Source: a virus
Lineage: Duplodnaviria > Caudoviricetes
IMG/VR virus record: IMGVR_UViG_2636416124_000002
Coordinates: 1 to 64,000 of that record
Reading direction: 5' to 3' (one strand)
DNA: 64,000 nt
Part shown: one piece after another, positions 47,000-58,982 of the stretch
How positions within the stretch are numbered: position 1 is the first letter of the stretch
How the letters are laid out: every line of letters starts with the position of its first letter
Program-made: the position numbers and the translations under genes
Notes under the pieces: generated by a model
Databases searched by the model: none
What the model was told of the DNA's origin: nothing
The model's input: only the letters and a program-made list of their open reading frames with translations

Positions 47000-47860
47000 A
47001 TGTCCGTCGCGCTGTTCAAGCCTCAGATCTGGTCCGCCCAGATCCTGGCCGGTCTGGACGAGGCACTCGTCTACGCGCAGCCCCAGATCGTCAACCGCGA
47101 CTACGAGGGCGAGATCACCTCGCAGGGCCAGTCGGTGCGGATCGTCACCATCGGCGACCCGTCGATTTTCCCGTACAAGTCCGGCGACACGATCAACTAC
47201 GAGGACATCGACACCGCCGGTCTGGACCTGCCCATCGACCAGGGCGACGCGTTCGCGTTCAAGCTCGACGACGTCGACAAGGCGCAAGTCGCCCTCAACC
47301 CGATGGCCAAGACCACCCAGCGCGCGGCCCGGAAGCTCGCCGCCCAGGCCGACCGGTACGTCGCCTCCCTGTACACCGGGGTCGCCCCGTCCAACGTCGT
47401 CGGCACCAGCGGTGCCCCCATCAACATCACGACGAACCCCAAGGACGCCTGGGACAAGGTCCTCATCCCACTCCGCACCAAGCTCAACCGGGCCAACGTC
47501 CCCGGCATGGACCGGTACGTCGTCGTGTCCCCCGAGTTCACCGGGGCGCTCCTTCAGGACGACCGGTTCGTCCGCGTCGACGCCTCCGGCAGCGAGCAGG
47601 GCCTCCGCAACGGCATCGTCGGCCGCGCCGCAGGCTTCGACGTCCTGGAGTCCAACGTCACCCCGAACCCGTCGTCGGACACCCAGGTCATCCAGGCCGG
47701 CTACCCCGGCGCCCTGACGTTCGTCGACCAGATCCTGGAGACCGAGGCACTGCGCCTGGAGTCGACGATCGCCGACGCCGTCCGTGGACTCCACGTGTAC
47801 GGCGCGAAGCTGGTCCGCCCCGAGGGCATCGCCGTCGCCTACGTCGACCCGTCCGCCTGA
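47000..47860 (+). CDS. Major capsid protein (P22-coat/N4-gp56-like)
   Basis: FKPQIWSAQIL...NRDYEGEI...GQSVRI...GIVGRAAGFDVLESN...VRGLHVYGAK. Confidence 0.9.
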   Translation: MSVALFKPQIWSAQILAGLDEALVYAQPQIVNRDYEGEITSQGQSVRIVTIGDPSIFPYKSGDTINYEDIDTAGLDLPIDQGDAFAFKLDDVDKAQVALNPMAKTTQRAARKLAAQADRYVASLYTGVAPSNVVGTSGAPINITTNPKDAWDKVLIPLRTKLNRANVPGMDRYVVVSPEFTGALLQDDRFVRVDASGSEQGLRNGIVGRAAGFDVLESNVTPNPSSDTQVIQAGYPGALTFVDQILETEALRLESTIADAVRGLHVYGAKLVRPEGIAVAYVDPSA

Positions 47861-47900
47861 TCCCTCCCACCACCTCGTCGGCGTTCTCTCTGGAGGAATC

Positions 47901-48275
47901 ATGCCGCGCACTGCTCTCACCCCGACCAACCTCGGCGCCACCGATGTCGCTGACCCGACCGGCACCGCGATCGACTCGACGCTCGTGACGAACGGTGTCG
48001 TCATCAACGCCGCTGACCCGTCGCGCACCATGCTGCGGGTCGCGAACTCGGCCGGCTCCACCAAGAAGATCACCATCCGGGCGGGCGGTAAGGACGGCCC
48101 GGCCTGGATGCGCACCCAGGGTGACACTGAGGTGTCCGTCGCCGCTTCCGGTACCCGGTGGATCGGCCCGTTCTCCGAGGCCCGCTACCTCCAGCACGGC
48201 GGGAAGCTGAACCTGGACTTCGAGTCCGGGTTCACCGGCACCATCACCGCTTTCAAGATCGCGCGGCATCTCTGA
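47901..48275 (+). CDS. Probable capsid decoration/head protein
   Basis: GGAGG RBS; beta-rich 124 aa directly after the capsid gene. Confidence 0.6.
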   Translation: MPRTALTPTNLGATDVADPTGTAIDSTLVTNGVVINAADPSRTMLRVANSAGSTKKITIRAGGKDGPAWMRTQGDTEVSVAASGTRWIGPFSEARYLQHGGKLNLDFESGFTGTITAFKIARHL

Positions 48276-48952
48276 TGGCGGCCCGCGAGTACGTCGGCGC
48301 GGGTGGCATGCGGGTCCTGCTCGACGAGCCGCTCGACCCGATGATGGCCGCCCAGGTCCACCGGGGCGAGCTGCGCCTAGCGGAAGACGGTGACCCACTG
48401 CTGGACCCGGACCAAAGGGTGCAGCCGCAGGTCATCCAGCACGGCGCGGACGCCCCCGCAGCAACCCGGGTCGGGAAGAACGTGCACGGCGCCGCCGAGA
48501 AGCCGGAACCGGGCGACCACACAGGGGCATGGGCCACCTACGCGGTACGGCTCGGGCTCCTCGCCACGAAGGCGTCCACCATGTCCCACCGGCAGCTGCT
48601 GGAGTGGGTCGACGCCGTCGAGGAGACCGACACGGGTGTGGTCGGTGACGCGGGCGAGGGTGTCCGCGGCCCGGAGCACGCGAGCGTCGACGGCCGCCCC
48701 AGTGAGGTGCGCGGCGACGTGCACCCGAAGTCGGAGCCCCGACAGTCCGAGCCGGCCGACGACGAGCCGACGACCGGCCTGCCGAAGAAGCCGGCGGTGA
48801 ACGCCAAGGTCGACACGTGGCGGGAGTACGTCATCGCCCTGGGCATGGACCCGGATCAGGCGAAGGACGCCACCAAGCAGGAGTGCCAGGACTACGCCCA
48901 GGTCGTCGAGGACTCCCGCGAGACCGCCGTCGACCCCGAGGGCCAGGAGTAG
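48275..48952 (+). CDS. Hypothetical head-region protein with two small helical repeats
   Basis: P..G....W..YAV.LG and P..N.....W..YV..LG segments. Confidence 0.6.
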   Translation: MAAREYVGAGGMRVLLDEPLDPMMAAQVHRGELRLAEDGDPLLDPDQRVQPQVIQHGADAPAATRVGKNVHGAAEKPEPGDHTGAWATYAVRLGLLATKASTMSHRQLLEWVDAVEETDTGVVGDAGEGVRGPEHASVDGRPSEVRGDVHPKSEPRQSEPADDEPTTGLPKKPAVNAKVDTWREYVIALGMDPDQAKDATKQECQDYAQVVEDSRETAVDPEGQE

Positions 48953-48955
48953 CCG

Positions 48956-50632
48956 GTGCCCTACGCGACCGTTCCCGATCTCGCAGCGTGGCTGGCCCCT
49001 GAGCCGGCCCCGCCGAACGCCATGCGCCTGCTGACGTTGGCGTCGCAGCGTGTCGACCGTGCCCTGTTGGGGGCGTGGTACGAGGCGGACGACGCCGAGG
49101 TGGTGGAGGTGCTGCGGCAGGCGACGGTCCAGCAGGTGCATTGGATGCTGGAGCGGGGAGACGAGACCGAGGCGCAGGCTGATCTGCAGTCGATGTCGAC
49201 GGGGTCGCGTTCGTTCACCCGGCGCACGGTCGGCCAGGGGGCGGGACAGTCTATGCAGTTGGCCCCGTCGGTGGTGGATCTGCTGCGGACCTGCGGCCGG
49301 CTCCGGTTCGATCCGCTGGTGGTGGGCTGATGCCGGGCCACATCGGACGCCAAACGGTCGTGCTCCTCGATGCACCGTTGGTCGCCGGGGACTTCAACAC
49401 GGAGGTGCGGGACTGGGCTCATGCCACCCGTACCCCGGTGTACGGGTGCACTGTCGACTACTCGTCGTCGTCGGAGTTGCGTGAGGCCCGGGATCAGACG
49501 GTGACGGCCGCGTACCTGTACATGCCGCGCCGCGCCCCCAGGGTGTCGGAGTGGTCCCGGGTGGAGTGGGGCGGCCGGACCTGGGATGTCGACGGGGTTC
49601 CGAAGGACGTCCAGGAGGCCGGTCCGCTGTCGGGGCAGACGGTGCGGCTGCTGGAGGTGGCGGGATGAGCCGCATCGTCGTCGAGGTGGACGAGGGCGCT
49701 ATCGCCGGGCTGGTCCACGACGAGGCTGTGCAGGCCGACTTGGGTGACCGGATGAAGCGGGCGGAGGTCGTGGCGAAGGCTACGGCCCCGGTCGATACGG
49801 GCGAGTACCGGTCGAAGATCCACGTGGTGGAGCAGGCCGACCCGGACGGCACCCGGCACATGGACGCAGACGCCGACCACTCCATCTACGTCGAACTCGG
49901 CACCCGGCAGACCGACCGGAACGGCCGCCGTATTCACCTGCCGAATCACACGCTCGGCAACTCTCTCGACGCCACAGGAGGCGACCACGATGTCTGACAC
50001 CGTGAAGATGAAGCTCACGTTCCCCCGGGGAAGGCGATGCCCGGCGAGATCGTGGATGTTCCGGCCGACGAGGTCCACCGCTGGAAGGGCTTCGCCGAGC
50101 CCGTCGAGGGCGACCCGAAGGCCGACGAGCCCGCCAAGGCGTCCGCCGACAAGAACCCGACGACCGGCAGCGTGCCGCAGAAGGCCGCAGGCAAGTAGCC
50201 ATGGCCACCCCGCTGGTCCTCCCCAACTCGAAGCAGATGGTCATGGATCTGCTGTCCGACGCCATGCCCGGCGTTCGGGTCACGTCGAAGCTCCCCGAGG
50301 GCAAGACGCTCAACGGTGCTCTGCCCATCGTGAGGGTGCTCAGGGTTGGCGGGATCAGCGACATGCGCGGCTGGTCGGACCCGGCGACCCGGGACCAACC
50401 CCGGTTCTCCGTCGACTGCTTCGCTTCCGATGAGGGCGCAGCCATGCGCCTCGCCCTCCGGGTGTGCGCCGAGTGGGAGCTGCTCCCCGGCCAGTCCACG
50501 GAGGACGGCATCGTCGCCGGGATCTCGCAGGAGACCGGCCCGCAAGACCGACCCGAAGAGCCCAACACCGGCATCAGCCGTGTCGGCATGATCCTGGGGA
50601 TGAGCGTCCGCCCACCCCTCCCGAACAGCTAG
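48956..50632 (+). CDS. Head-tail joining and neck genes: adaptor 48956-49330, stopper 49330-49668, HK97-gp10-like 49665-49997, small 49990-50198 (frameshift near 50025), tail terminator 50201-50632
   Basis: Canonical position and sizes. MPYATVPDL adaptor start; APVDTGEYR in the gp10-like protein. Confidence 0.75.
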
Positions 50633-50642
50633 GAGGCCCGTC

Positions 50643-51229
50643 GTGGGCGACTCTGCGAACATCATCGTCGGTACGGCGGGCAAGGCCTACGCCGCGCCGG
50701 TTGGCACGACTTTCCCGGCCGGTCCCGAGGTCGCCTGGCCGAGCGGTTTCGCCGACATGGGGTTCATCACCCCGGACGGCCTCGAAGAGGCCATGGCCGA
50801 AGAGCGCACCCAGCTCGACGCGTGGGGTGAGGACGCCCCCGTCGTCGACCTCGCAAAGAAGCGCACCCAGACGTTCAAGCTGACGTTCCGGGAGACGACC
50901 GCCCGGATCCTGTCCCTGTACTACCAGGTGCAGATGGCGAACATGACGTCGACCGCAGCGGCCGTAGGCCCCCGGCGACCAAGCAGTTCCTGTCCTTCGG
51001 GAGCGGTTCGGTCACGGACACGGTCGAGATCGCGCTCGGCCTGGACGTCATCTACGGCGGCAAGCGCCACCGCATCATGATCGCCCGCTGCGGTGTGTCC
51101 GACCGAGGCGCCCGCCAGCACAGCGCGGACGACAGCTCGAACTTCGAGCTCACCTTCACCGCGCTGTCCGCGCCGGGTGGCGCCCAGTCCGTCCAGCACA
51201 TGATCACGGACGTCACCCTGCCCGCCTAA
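50643..51229 (+). CDS. Major tail (tube) protein (frameshift in C run near 50970)
   Basis: IIVGTAGKAYAAP...MGFITPDG...KLTFRET, followed by the hairpin GGGCGGGGGC...GCCCCCGCCC. Confidence 0.8.
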
Positions 51230-51323
51230 CGACTGGTGATCCGCTGCGCTCAATCCCTGGGCGGGGGCGGCACAGCGGATCACCTGCAAGCCCCCGCCCG
51301 CCCCTGCCCAAGAAGGACAAGCC

Positions 51324-52153
51324 ATGTCAAAGCCCAACCGCAAGATCATCAAGCTCCAGCAGATGCGCGCCCAGCAGGCCCAGGCCGCGAAGATCAAGCA
51401 CGTCGACGTCATCTACGAAGTCCCGGGCGACGAGGTCGGCACCGTGCAGGAGAAGAGGTGCTCATTCCTCACCCAGGACTACTGGCCCGTCAAGGTCGTC
51501 CGCGCCGCCAGCGAGGATGGAGGCGTCGAGCAGATCGAGCTTCTCCGTAAGGTGGCCAGCCCGCCCGAGGCGTTCGACGAGCTGGTCAGCGTGGCCGACC
51601 TGACCTTCGCCGAGTTCAAAGAGCTCATCGAGGAACTCCAGATGGAGGCGGGTACCGACGAGGGGGAAGACTCCGGCTCCTCCAGCTCCTCGATGAGCAC
51701 GCAGGAGCCGTCCGCGCAGACCTCCAGCGGTACTACGGCCGCCGCCTAGAGGAGTTCTGGGCCATGTCCTGGGGCGAAGGGGCCATGTCCTGGGCCGAGC
51801 TCCGGGACCTGGTCGAGCACCTCCCCGAGGACTCCGCGACGAAGGCGGCCACCGCCGGAGACGTGGACGGAAGGCGGTGGACACAGGGCACCTACCTGCA
51901 AGCCGCCACGTACAACGCCCTCCTCCTCATGATCCGCGTCCTGTGGGCCGCCCACCTCAAGGGCGAACCACCAGACATGCCGCCCGTCGAATCGCCCACC
52001 ACCGAAGCAGACGAACGGCAAGCCGAACTCGAAGCCGCCGCCGTGGCGTACAGCGAGGCCCTCCTCAACCAGTACTCACCCGGCACCCAGACCGATCAGG
52101 CGGAGATCGACTACTGGGAGCAGAAACTCCGCGAACTCGAACCAACACCGTAA
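51324..52153 (+). CDS. Tail assembly chaperones G (51324-51749) and GT (-1 frameshift at GGGGGAA, 51662-51668)
   Basis: G GGG GAA is in the zero frame. The -1 frame is open and reads RLRLLQLLDEHAGAVRADLQRYYG..., continuous with ORF 51764-52153. Confidence 0.85.
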
Positions 52154-52167
52154 GAGGGGAGGGCAGC

Positions 52168-55100
52168 ATGGCCGAGCCGACACTCGTCGGACGCACCCGC
52201 GTTTCACTCGTCCCCGACACGCGACAGTTCGGCAGCCGGCTCCGCGTCGAGCTGCCCTCCGCGATCCGCCAGCCGGCCAAGATGGCTGGGCAGGTTGCTG
52301 GGGAGCAGATCCTTGACGGGATCCAGCGGAAGCTCGCCGCCGCCACCCCCACCGTCCGGGTTGGTGTCGACCTGGTGACGACGGTTGCCGAGGCGAAGCT
52401 CACCAAGCTCACCAAGGCCCGCACCGTCAAGGTCGCTGCCGAGCTTGACGACAAGGCCGTCACCTCCGGCCTGACCCGGGTGACCCGGGACCGCACGGTG
52501 ACGGTCCGGGCCGAGCTGGATGACCGTGCGGCCCGGATCGGCATCGGCAGGCTCATCGACCAGCGGACTGTCAGGGTCCTGGCCCAGCTGGATGACCGGG
52601 CGGCAAGAGCGGGGATCGCCCGCCTCATCGACCAGCGCACCGTGCGGGTCGTCGCCCAGCTCGACGACACCGCCGCCAAGGCCAAACTTGCCGGGTTCGG
52701 GCAGGCCACCGCCGACGTCGTTGCGAAGATCGACGAGGCGTCGTTCAAGAAGGCACAGAAGGCCCTCGACAAGCTCACCGCGGACCGGCTCGTCCAGATC
52801 AGGGCCACCGTCGACACCCGGGTCGCCGCGAACGAGATCCGTGCTCTCGGTCAGCGCCAGCGGGTCCGCCTCGGGGTGGATGTAGACACTCGGGTTGCTG
52901 CGAACGACCTGGCGAACCTGACCCGGCGCCGTACCGCCAGCATCGATGCCCGCGCCGTCACCGCCGCGGCGAACACCGCCCTCAACCATGCGGCCCGCGA
53001 CCGGGTCGTCAACATCCGCACCCGCCTGTTCGGGCTCGCCGGGATCACCTCTTCCCTCGGCTCGTTCGGCAGCAGCGGCGGCGACGCCTCTGCCCAGGCA
53101 GGGATCCTCTCGGGGCGCATCGCGAAGATTGCTGCTGCTGCGCTCCTCGCTACACCCCAGCTGTCCGCCATGGGTTCCGCGATCGGGCAGCTCGGCCCAC
53201 TCGCCGCAGTTGCCGCACCCGGCATCCTCACACTGGTCAGTGCGTTCGCTGCGATCAAACTCGGCACGGCGGGTGTCGGCGACGCCATCAAGGCCGCGTT
53301 CAACCCCGCACCCGCCGAAGCCAAGGCGGCCGTGACCGCGGCCCGGCAGGTCGAGTCCGCGCAACGCTCCCTCGCCACCGCCCAGCGCGGTGTAGCCGAC
53401 GCCGAACGGAACCTGTCCCAGGCGCAGCGCACCGCCCGCCAAGCCCAGCAGGAGCTGTCCGCCGCCCGCAGGCAGGCCACCCGCGACCTGGAGGACATGA
53501 ACCAGCGCCTCCGCCAAGGCGCCCTCGACCAGAAGCAGGCTGCGCTCGACATCGAGCAGGCCGAACTCGACCTCGCGAGGACCCGCTCCGACCCGACCGC
53601 CACGCAGCTTCAGATCCAGCAGGCCGACCTTGCCGTGCAGAAGGCGCGGGCCGCCGCCGAGGAGCAAAAGCGGCAGCAGAAGCGCCTCCAGGTCGACACC
53701 GCCGCCGCGAACAAGGCCGGGGTCGCAGGCTCCGACGCGGTCGTGAAGGCGCAGGAGCGGATCCGGGCGGCGAACGAGCAGGTCGCCGCCCAGGAACGCT
53801 CCCTGGCTGACGCCCACCGGGCCGTGGCCGACGCCACCCGCGCCGTCGCAGAGGCCCAGCAGAACGCCGCCGCCCAGACCACGAAGCTCGACGACGCCCT
53901 CAGCAAGCTGTCCCCGAACGCCCGCCGCTTCGTCGGCATCCTCCAGGAGATGGCCCCCGCCTGGCGGGCCATGAAACTCGACGTCCAGGACACCCTGTTC
54001 GCTGGGCTCGGCGAACGCCTCCAGGCCGTCGGCGGGCGAATCCTCCCCACCGTCCGGGCCGGACTCGTCGGAGCCGCCACCGAACTCAGCACCATGGCGA
54101 AGAACGCCCTGTCCGCCGTCGACAACCTGGAGCGCAGCGGTCAGCTCCGGGGCACCTTCGACGTCATCCGCAGCGGCCTCGCCAACATGAACAGGATCCC
54201 GGGCCAGATCCTGACGGGCCTGTCCCAGCTCACCATCGCCTCCAAGCCCGCATGGGACCGCATCACCAACGGCGCCGGCGAGGCCATGGACCGGGTCATG
54301 GACAAGTTGGCCAAGGGGCTGGAGAACGGGCGCCTCGAAGAAGCCATCAGCACCGCCCTCGATGTGGCGGTCAGCTTCGGGCGGGTACTGGCGGACCTTG
54401 GCGGCATCATCAAGAACATCTTCGGGGCCGCAGCAGACGGCGGCGGCGACTTCTTCGCCGTGATTGGCGCCGCTCTGGAAGAGATCCGCCGGGTCACCGC
54501 CCTCCCGGAGGTGCAGGAGTCCCTCAAGGCCATCTTCGCCGCTGTGCAGGCCTTCGCGGGGCTCCTCGCCGGAGCCTTGGGTTCTGCTCTTCAGGCCGTC
54601 ATGCCCGTCCTGGCGGCGCTCGCCCCGTCCGTCATCCAGATCACCCGACTCCTCGGCCCGGTCGTCCGCGACCTGATGGAGACACTCGGGAAGGCGCTCC
54701 TGCCTGTTGCGGAGGCCCTCGGCCCGGTGCTGGTGGTGGCCGCCAGGGCTGTCATCGCCCTGGTGAAGGCGGTGTCCCCGATGCTGCCGGTCCTCGGGAA
54801 GCTGATCGGTGACCTGCTTCCGCTCGTGACGCCCATCTTCGACACCCTCGTCACCGTCTTCACGAACTTGATCCCGGTCGTCACCCGCATCGCAGGGATG
54901 CTCGGGCCGGTCCTCAGCCCCATCATCGAGGGCCTGTCCGCGGTCATCGGGGAGCTGGCGCAGCAGTACGCGGCGATGTTCATGCGGGTCCTGCAACAGC
55001 TCCTGCCGATCATCCCGATGCTCGTGCCGCCGCTGGTACAGATCGGGAAGAGCATCGGCGACATCCTCATCGCCCTCGCCCCCTACTCCCGCAACTGGCT

Positions 55101-58031
55101 TTGCTGGGCACGGAGTTCCTGCTCCAGTTGCTGCCTGCGATCCTGCCGCTGCTGCCGCCGCTGATCCAGCTCACGATGCTCATGACGCAACTGGCCACCG
55201 CAGTCATCCTGCGGGTCGTCATCCCGGCGGTGGCATCGTTCGTCCGGCAGATCACCGGCCTCGGCAAGGCGCTGCGGCCCGGGGTCGACGCGGCGAAGTG
55301 GCTGACCGAGAACATCGCCCGCTCCTTCAAGTGGCTCGACGGCGACCTCCTCGGAGCGAAGGGCCGCATCCCGGGCCTGGTCGGCGGGGCGCTGCGCTGG
55401 TTCACCGACCTGCGAACCAAGTCTGTTCTGCTCTTCACTGCCCTGAAGGACAAGGTGGCCACCACGTGGTCCAGCCTGTGGTCCGACATCAACCTGATCG
55501 CCACCGCATCGTGGGGAGTCGTCCGCGCCGGGTTCGACGCGTTCGCAGAGCGACTGTCCGGGGCTTTCAACACCCTGAAGAAGGGCCTCGGGAAGATCTG
55601 GTCCGGGCTGAAAGACCTGGTCAAAGAGCCGATCAAGTTCTGGATCGACGTCGTCTACAACAAGGGCATCGTCCCCGTCTGGAACAAGACCGCGGCGAAG
55701 ATCCCCGGTGTCACCGACCTCAAGCCGATGCCGACCCCGAAGGGATTCGCCCGCGGCGGGATCCTGCCCGGCCAGTCGTCATGGCGGCAGGGTGATGACC
55801 AGCTGGTGCCGATGCGCCGCGGCGAGGGCGTGTACGTCTCCGAGGCGATGCGGGACCCGTATGAGCGGGCCCGGCTCCACGCCGTCAACCAGGCGGCCAT
55901 GCGCGGCCAGTCACTGCGCGCCTTCCGTGGCTTCGCGGAGGGCGGCATTTTCGACGGCATCACCAACGCTGTCGGGAGCGTCCTGTCCAAGGGGGCGGAC
56001 GTCGCCCGCGGTGGTCTCGCGGACCTGGCCGAAGCGGCGCTCTCCCCGGTCAAGAGCGGCATCACGAAGACCCTCGGGAAGAACAAGGGCACCTGGCCCG
56101 GCATGATCGCCCAAGCCCCTATCGGGCTCATCAACCGGGCGATCGACTACATCCGCGGCAAGGACATCGTGGAGGGCACCGGCGACTGGCTGAAGCCCGT
56201 CTCCGCCCCTTACGGCACCCCGTTCGGGAAGGCCGGGCTCATGTGGAGTTCGGGCCGGCACACCGGTCTGGACTTCCCTGCGAAGACCGGCACGCCGATC
56301 CGGGCCGTGGACTCCGGGATTGTCCACAAGGCGGTCGACTCCGGGCCTTACGGCAAGCACGTCGAGATCAACCACGGGTCGGGCCTGTCTAGCCTGTACG
56401 CCCACATGTCCGCGATGCTCGCCAAGGCGTCGGACACGGTGAAGCGCGGCCAGCAGATCGGGCGGGTCGGAGCCACCGGCAACACCACCGGCCCCCACCT
56501 CCACCTCGAAGCCCGCATCACCGGCCGCACCGTCGACCCCATGCGGTACCTGGAGGGCGGCACCGGCGGGGACGCCGGGGCGGGCGTGGAGCGCTTCCGA
56601 GGTGTGGTCACCCAGGCCCTGGGGCAGGTCGGCCAGTCTCTGTCCCTGGTGAACACGACGCTCCGCCGCATGAACCAGGAGTCCGGCGGCAACACCCGGG
56701 CGGTCAACCGCAACGACATCAACTGGATCAACGGCACGCCCAGCGTCGGGCTGATGCAGGTTATCCGGCCCACGTTCGACGCCTACGCCGGGAAGTACCG
56801 GAAGACCGGGCCCAAGCTGTACGGGGTCAGCGTTGATCCGATGGCGAACATCTACGCCTCCATGCGGTACGCCCTCGCCCGGTACGGGTCCCTGTCCGCG
56901 GCGTACAACCGGATCGGCGGGTACGCCCGCGGCGGCATCGTCGGCGGCGTGCAGATCAGTACCGGGCTGCGCAGGGGCGGCGGGTACGCCACCGGCGGGA
57001 TCATCCGGGTCGGTGGCAAACGCATCGACACCGGGCCGATCGCCGCCTCCGTAGGGGCGAACTTTTTGAAGACGCTGGCCGGTACGGCGTCCGCGATCGA
57101 CAAGGCCATGACGACCGTGGCCACCGCGGTGAAGAGCGCGTTCAAGGGCGTCAAGACCACCCTCGATGACCGGCTCATCAAGAACCTCACCGCTCAGAAC
57201 AAGACCCTGCAGAGCCTCGCCACCCAGCGCGACAACCTCCGGGCGAAGATCGCCCAGGCCAACACGTTCGCTGCGGAGACGACCGCGTCCGCCTCGTCGT
57301 TCGCCTCCCTCACCGGGCTGCCCAACTCAGGTTTGCCGTTCGGGGTGGACGGCATCCTCAACGGGCTCAAGGTGCGCCTCGGGCAGCTCCAGGCGTTCTC
57401 CTCCAACATTGCCACCCTCGGCAAGCGGGGCCTGTCCAAGGAGTTCCTCGGCCAGCTCATCGCCGCTGGCCCGGACCAGGGCGCCCCGTATGCCGCGGCC
57501 TTGGTCAAGGCGACCGATGCGCAGCTGAAGAGCATCAACGCGACGCAGGTGCAGATCGGGAAGGCCGCTACCGCCTACGGGCAGAACGCCGCCGACGTGA
57601 TGTACGACGCCGGGGCCATGTCCGGGAAGGGCTACCTGGCGGGGCTGAAGGCGCAGGAAGCCTCGATCGTGAAGGCGATGGCCGACCTGGCGAAGAAGAT
57701 CCAGAAGACCATCAAGGTCGAACTGCGCATCAAGTCCCCGTCCCAGGTACTCGCCGCACTCGGCCGGTTCACGGGCCTTGGCTTCGCCCGCGGGGTCCGC
57801 GACACCATCCCGCAGGCCGCCGCCGCAGCCGCCACCATGGCCCGCACCGTCCGGTCCACCGCCGCAGCCACCGTAGCCCGCACCGAGGTCAGCACCGTCA
57901 ACAACACCAACGCGGAGCGGATTCTCAACTACCACGCCCGCGTCACCGAGGTCGCCCCGAAGCGCAGCATCCTCGACGCCCTGGCGCAGGAAGACATGCT
58001 TCACCGCCCGGTCATGAGCGGAGCTAGCTGA
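52168..58031 (+). CDS. Tape measure protein with M23 peptidase and lytic transglycosylase domains (frameshift in C run near 55080)
   Basis: About 1950 aa of helical repeats. HTGLDF...YAHMS...GPHLHLE (M23) and QESGGN...VGLMQVIRPTF (SLT). Confidence 0.9.
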
Positions 58032-58969
58032 TGCCGATTCTTGTCGCCTCATCGACTCCGCCCGTAGAGCAGCCGCCGTGGGAGTGGCCGCAGCGTCCGG
58101 TCGAGATGCCGCTCCTGTCGTTCACCGACCCCGGTGGTGTGACGACGCTCCTCACGGACTGGGAGCGCGGCTGGGTGGTGCAGCCGGGCATCAAGGGGCT
58201 GGACATGCCCGCCTATGTCATGGCCACCGACGAGTCCCCGGGGATCGACGGGTACGAGGTGCGGCAGGTCCGCGCCCAGGGCAAGGCGATCTCGATTCCG
58301 TTGGCGTTCTGGGCCAACGACTCCCGGTCCGCCTACCTGAACCGGAGGCGGACGTTCATTCGCGCCCTCAATCCGAAGCGCGGCCAGGGCACCCTCACGC
58401 TCACACAGCCCGACGGGGCCACCCGCAGCATCGGCGTCCGCTACCAGGACGGCATGGAAGGCGACGAGTCCCTCGACGCCGCAGGCCGCCGCTGGTGCAT
58501 CGGCGTCATCACGTTCGCCGCCCCAACCCCGTACTGGGCGGGCGGCGAGGTCACCCACGCGTGGAAGACCGACCCCGGCGGCGACTTCTTCCCGTTCCTG
58601 CCGCTCGTCGTCGGCGACTCCCAGGTGCTGGGGTTGGTCACGGTCGACAACGACGGCGACGACGACGCCTACCCCGTCTGGACGATCACCGGCCCGGCCA
58701 CCTCGGTGACCCTCACCAACGTGACGACCGGGCAGACCCTCGTCCTGAGCCACACCATCACCGGCACCGACACGATCGTCATCGACACCCGCGAGCGCCG
58801 CCAGACCGCACTTCTCAACGGGGTCACGAACCTGTGGCCCGACCTCTCCGACGTGTCCTCGCTGTGGCCGCTGGAGACCGGCACCAACGAACTCACGCTC
58901 ACCGTCGCCGGATCCACCGCCGACACCGAGGTCCGCATGACCTACCAGCCCCGCTACCTGGCCGCCTGA
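58031..58969 (+). CDS. Distal tail (Dit-like) protein
   Basis: First gene after the TMP. FAAPTPYW, PVWTITGP, LWPLETGTNEL. Confidence 0.8.
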   Translation: MPILVASSTPPVEQPPWEWPQRPVEMPLLSFTDPGGVTTLLTDWERGWVVQPGIKGLDMPAYVMATDESPGIDGYEVRQVRAQGKAISIPLAFWANDSRSAYLNRRRTFIRALNPKRGQGTLTLTQPDGATRSIGVRYQDGMEGDESLDAAGRRWCIGVITFAAPTPYWAGGEVTHAWKTDPGGDFFPFLPLVVGDSQVLGLVTVDNDGDDDAYPVWTITGPATSVTLTNVTTGQTLVLSHTITGTDTIVIDTRERRQTALLNGVTNLWPDLSDVSSLWPLETGTNELTLTVAGSTADTEVRMTYQPRYLAA

Positions 58970-58982
58970 GAGGAGGACACCC

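Noticed and set aside
52430-52680. Tandem repeats encoding (A/V)xLDDxA...R.V.V in the tape measure N-terminus
   Set aside because: Ordinary tape-measure peptide repeats, not a separate DNA element.
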